Source: Chrysomallon squamiferum (lineage: Eukaryota > Animalia > Mollusca). Taken from it: a stretch of DNA of 64,000 nt. This document shows positions 58,447-64,000 of this stretch, one piece after another. The first letter of the stretch is position 1. Every line of letters begins with the position of its first letter. The notes under the pieces are model-generated. The model had not been told where the DNA came from and searched no databases. It worked only from the letters and a program-made list of their open reading frames with translations. Location of the stretch: contig CM022677.1 of assembly GCA_012295275.1 (NCBI GenBank), positions 868,001 to 932,000 on the forward strand, given 5' to 3'. The translations under genes were made by a program, and so were the position numbers.

Positions 58447-61400
58447 ATGGAAGGTGAAGCAGGCAAGGAGGACACAGTTAAAAATCAGCCATGTTTGAAT
58501 CAAAACAACATGAACCAGTCGAATGTCCCTCACACCATGACACGACACAGCTATCCTCAAGCTGCCTCAAGCAGCCTGATGACACAGGCATTGTCAGGCG
58601 GAGGCAGTCTGTCTGCCTCACCCACACAGTCAAATGTTGCAAACCAAGATGGGGTAAATAATCCGTTGTCAGGTCTGACATCCAATATATTATTCAGTAA
58701 TGTTGGCAATATTGCTACAAAGATGAAGGCCTCAAATTCTCTGATGGCAACAGGAAATCCTTTTGAATCAGCAGCAGGTTCTCAGACAGCTAGTGCTCCA
58801 GGTTCAATCACAAGTTCTGTCTCTACCCAGCCCCAAAACCAGGCAAATATTCCATACAACTGGCAAGCATCAAAAGTTTCTGTCAAGGACAGACTAGCCT
58901 TTCTCTTTAATACAGACATTATGGCTGACATTAATTTTCTAGTTGGCAAGCCACCCAACACGCAGAATATTCCAGCCCACAAGTTTGTGTTATCTGTCGG
59001 TAGTGCAGTATTTGATGCCTTGTTCAATGGTGGGATGGCAACCACAGAAACAGTTATAGAAATACCAGACGTTGAACCAGCAGCGTTCCTTGCCCTTCTC
59101 CGATTCTTGTACTCTGACGAAGTGCAGATTGGTCCAGAGACAGTGATGACAACATTATACACTGCTAAGAAGTATGCAGTGCCTGCGCTGGAGCGAGCCT
59201 GTGTGGAGTTTTTAAAGAGAAATCTCAGCAGTGACAATGCTTTCATGCTTCTCACACAGGCACGGTTATTCGATGAGCCGCAGCTGGCTGCTCTGTGCCT
59301 GGACTCGATTGACAAGAACACAACCGAGGCACTGGCTGCTGATGGTTTTACAGACATTGATAATGAAACTCTGTGTGTGGTTTTGGAACGCGACACATTA
59401 GGAATCCGAGAATGTAAACTCTTCTCATCCGTGTGCAGATGGGCTGAATCCGAATGTGGCAGGAGGAATCTCCCAGTGACACCTGAAAATCAGAGAACTG
59501 TTTTAGGAAGATCTCTAAGACTTATCCGGTTTCCACTGATGACAGTGGAAGAATTTGCTGTGGGTGCTGCCCAGAGTGGTATTTTAGAAGACCGGGAAGT
59601 TGTAGAATTGTTTCTGTACTTCACAGTGAATCCTAAGCCACCAATAAGTTTTCTTGACGTGCCTCGGTGCTGTCTCACTGGGAAGGAACAGGTTGTTTCG
59701 CGATTCTGTCATATTGAAAGTCGATGGGGATACAGTGGAACCAGTGATCGAATCAGGTTAGTTAATTGATTATAAAGACAGAGTACTGTGAGGAGGTGTA
59801 TTTGTTTGTACATAATACAAATTACAGTTAATCAGGACTACTTTTAATCACCTATCTGAACACTGCTGCTCAGAGCATTTGTGTCTTTGTGGTTTATAGA
59901 CCAGTTCTGTAGCATTCAAATTATAATTTTACTCTACCTACTTATTATTTATTTGTAAAGTAATTAGTAATTTTAATTGCATTCATAACTGCATAGAAAC
60001 AGATTTAATTTTAATTAGGTAACATGGATAGCACAGCAAGAAAAACAGTGAAAACATGAAGTCTCTGTTGGGGATTTGCTAAATGTGTACATGGTAATAA
60101 TTTAATATACACACATACGTACATACATACATATCATTTATTGTTACAGATTTGACAAGAATATTTGTTTTGTGACTGCTTATTTCATTATTTATTTTTA
60201 GTAGAACTGTGTCTTTTAATAATTTTCCAAGAAAACTCTAGAAGACTTTTCTCTTTAAAGAAGGCTTTCTGGTAAAATTATAAAAAGTTTTACAGCTCTT
60301 TGATTGTAATATTATGTATATCCTTGTTTCTGTTTCCAGATTCATGGTAAACAGAAGAATTTTCGTTGTTGGTTTCGGCTTGTATGGCAGTATTCATGGA
60401 CCTACAGAATATTCTGTTAACATTCAGGTTAATATTTAATTTTTAGTTTTAAACCCCCAGGTGTGTGGGAGTGTGTTTGTGTGCAAGTCTGTAATAACAA
60501 ACTTCATTTAGATTCTAATAGCAGTTTGTTAATTTCATGATTTCTTTCAAAAACACAAACAAACCAAAAATGAAATCTAAATATATTTGCTTCAGAGTAG
60601 TAATAATAACAAGAAAGAAAAATTGGAAGAATTTGGGAAAAGGGATGCTGGAATTGTTGGAAATCTGTTCAAAGCTAAACTGATTTATTTGAAGAGTTCT
60701 TGATGATTCAAAACAGTATTCAGAACTGAACAACTATTAGAAACATGGCTACTGAAATAATGCAGTGTTTTAGAATGACATGGCAATTTGCAGTGCAGTA
60801 CTGAACAGAATGTTACATGCAGATTTTATATATTGTTTATTTTCCATCAGTGAGTAGGACATTTTATAGTTAAATCGTTCATAATTATGTAGAAATGTTT
60901 TCAAAAACACTGACTATACTGAAATAAATTTAAAAAAAACAAACCTGTTATCACTATGATATCAGTTTACAGAATGTTAGAAAAATTAGTTGTGAACATA
61001 GAAAATGGCAGTGCTCGAATGTTCTGTAAAAATATTACCTTTTTTTTATCATACATCATATTTATAAATGTGGTACTTCCCCAAAAAACTAAAAACTTGA
61101 ACTACATAGAATTATAGATACACTTCAAAATTACTATTTTATAGTTTTATTAGAAAAATGTGTTGTTTTTCACAGATAATTCACACTGACACCGGTAAAG
61201 TGATGGGAACAAATGACACCTCTTTTCAGTGTGATGGGTCAACATCTACATTTCGAGTGATGTTCAAGGAACCTGTAGAAATAATGCCCAACTCCAGTTA
61301 CATTGCTTGTTCTACTCTCAAGGTTAGTTCATAACACTAAACACAGACCTGTAACAAGACTTGTTACTCTGTTAACTCTAATTACATTGCTTGTTCTACT

Positions 61401-62125
61401 CTCAAGGTTACATAACTCAACACAGACCTGTAACAAGACTTGTTACTCTGTTAACTGTAGTTGTATTGGTTGTTTAGTTTGTGCAGATGAATCAGCTGGT
61501 TTACCTTACCTAACTCTGATAAACTTTATTTTTAAGAAAGCTTTGAGCATCCTCAGAAGAATTTTCAGAATCTTAAAACTTTTAATTCTGTTTATATGCA
61601 TACACTGCAAAACATGAAATTATTGTTATTAAAAACAGAAAATATTATTTGTATTGACATAAACAATGATAAAGATCACAAATAATTCTGTATGTCCAAT
61701 GATTCTTTGTTATTTATGTGGTATTTAGAACAGATACTTACAGTTTAGGTAAAATAGAGCCTTTAACCAGACATTCATAAAGATGGACGAATGCCAATGA
61801 CATGGAATCAGTTAATCCACCCAAAAATGTCCCCTATCCCCAGTGCATGTTTATAGTATGTGGGTACTTCTAAAAAACTGTTGTATTTGTTTTCATTATT
61901 TTATTAATTTATTTATTTTTGTTGTTACTGTTATTTTATTTTATTTTATTTTTTATTTTTTTGTAGGGTCCTGATTCATATTATGGATCAAAGGGCTTGC
62001 GAAAAGTAACACACGAATCTGTGTCCAGCGGCAAGGTCACTTTTCAGTTTACATACGCTGCAGGCAACAACAACGGTACATCAGTAGAGGACGGACAAAT
62101 TCCTGAAATCATTTTCTACACATAA
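58447..62125 (+). CDS. BTBD2: BTB/POZ-BACK-PHR protein, BTBD1/BTBD2 orthologue. Exons 58447-59756, 60340-60427, 61176-61322, 61967-62125
   Basis: [82 protein letters not shown]; [13 protein letters not shown]|[21 protein letters not shown]; C-terminus [20 protein letters not shown]. It is co-orthologous to vertebrate BTBD1 and BTBD2. Confidence 0.93.
61299..61457. repeat. ~84-bp tandem duplication spanning a BTBD exon end and its donor
   Basis: TACATTGCTTGTTCTACTCTCAAG|GTTA...ACACAGACCTGTAACAAGACTTGTTACTCTGTTAACT occurs at 61299 and 61383. Confidence 0.92.
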
Positions 62126-64000
62126 ATTGGTATTTTTGTCATGTTTATAGGATAATAGATTTTAAAAAAAGAGATAGTGTCTGACAAAAGAAAATCAGTC
62201 ATATTTATTTATTATGTTTTAAACTGTTGTTATCTGTATATTAGTTGTTTCGTATTTAAGTGATTTATCTCACAGAATTATAATCAAAATGTAAAACCAT
62301 AGCAGTTCATCATGATGTCATATTAAAAATTTCTTAGCTTTTCCTTTATATTTTCATTTTCTTTTTTTAATGCCTAACATAAATAACCTTTTTTTTTTAA
62401 ATATTAATTTATTATTTTCTAAATTATTACAGAATGTATTTTAAGTTTACTATAACTGTTTTGTGGGTTTTTTCTCCTCTATCACTTCAAATAAATAGAA
62501 AAAAATCCTTTTAACAGATACACCATTTATACACACTTTTTAATAAACAATCATTAATATTTTGAGAGGTTGGGAATTAAGAATAATATCATATATCAGA
62601 ATTTTAACGGAGTACCTCTTTGTTTACCAGCAATAACACCAGGATTTAATAGATCAAATTTAGAAGAAAATAAGTAGGACATACAGTACAACGGAAATAA
62701 ATTAAATATGTTACTACTTCTGTATCCAAAAACATTTTGATTACCTATGACAAAGGATATAGTACAACTCTCTGCTGAAAGTGAAATCATAAAAGATCTT
62801 ACTTCTGTAAATCCACTTAAAAGATTGGGAAATGGGAGCAGTTTCCAGAAACAAGTATAGTATCCAAAGTATTCTTTTATTGTAATGAAAACTACACCAA
62901 AATGTTTTGTAAGATTTATTTTGTTTTGTTTATTCAAATACATATATCAATAATTCTCTTTTTTTTTTTTTTTTTTTTAACCTTGTTATGTTTGAATTAG
63001 GCAAGGAAGATAGAAATAATTTATCTAGCAAATTATAAAAAATATTCTGTGCAATGACATATTTGTTTAATAATATGAAATAATCATTGAAATGAAAAAT
63101 ACATTACACATGCTGCCATATATAACTTAAAACACAATGTTACTTTTAATAGTGTTTAACCTTGCATGTTACAGATTCTGCATGTTATATATAAGTTGCT
63201 GTATTTTAAAAAATATTAATGTTTCATACACATTAATTATTAAAAAGAATAAAATAAATTATCATGTGTGGTGGATAATGATTTAGCTAACCATCATTCT
63301 CAAATATATTATACTTTGTGTGAAGAAATAGTGAAATTATTATTTTTTTTAATCTGCAGTCTGATAATTTTAACTTGTTAATGAAAAAAGTTAATTTCAA
63401 TAAAAAATTACATCTATTATTTTATCTTATTAAGCATGATAAATTATTTTTCTGTACTAATATTTTGGTAAGAGTGGCCTGTTTGTTATTTGTTTGAGAG
63501 ATATTAAAAACTTATTACTTTAAAAAGGCTTTAAAAGTAAAACAATCAAATTTCTTGTGAATTTTATTACCAGATGAAAACAGCATAATATTGTTAAACA
63601 TGTAGCATTTATTTTAAAATTAAAACAAGAGTTCCACTCTGACCTATGTAGAGTTGTTGCACATGGTAAAGCAACATATATTTATTTCTTTGACTTTGAA
63701 CCTCTGAGTTAGACAATTACGGACATTTGTGTGTGGAAAATGTATTAAATGGAAATGTGTTATATTTTCTTATTTAGAAAATGTGTTAATAAAAATGAAT
63801 TTATGTCTAGAAATATAATGTTAATGGAAATATGAAGTGCATTTTGTGGTTTCTAAATGTAAGAAAGGAATATGTTTATTTAGTTTTTGGTAAAAATGTA
63901 CAAAATAGAAATGTTCAGAATGTATTTTGAGACAAATTTCTTTTGAAAAATTCCCTGTGTATGATTACTGTAAACATTTGGAAAAAATTAATGAATTTCT

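Overview
AT-rich, microsatellite-laden, intron-containing animal genomic DNA. The protein sequences look like a lophotrochozoan, probably molluscan, invertebrate; this is inference. A 200-N scaffold gap at 31447-31646 splits the window into two very different halves. The left half looks like a graveyard of decaying duplicates: a multi-exon MCC (colorectal mutant cancer protein) copy on the minus strand with a nonsense codon, frameshifts and internal deletions, a degenerate RNI-type leucine-rich-repeat gene, inverted duplications and many tandem arrays. Several of those arrays are built directly from splice junctions. The left half also holds one intact-looking single-coding-exon Topors-like C3HC4 RING gene with basic repeats and a hydrophobic tail. 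The right half has intact genes: a 4-exon, signal-peptide-bearing LigB/MEMO-fold protein with a disabled partial duplicate hit by a Tc2-like MITE at a splice donor, intronless LARP6, head-to-head DNAAF4/DYX1C1 (11 coding exons, one clear U12-type minor intron), and BTBD1/2. No rRNA, tRNA or CRISPR features were found. Gene identities come from recalled similarity to known families, not from a database search.
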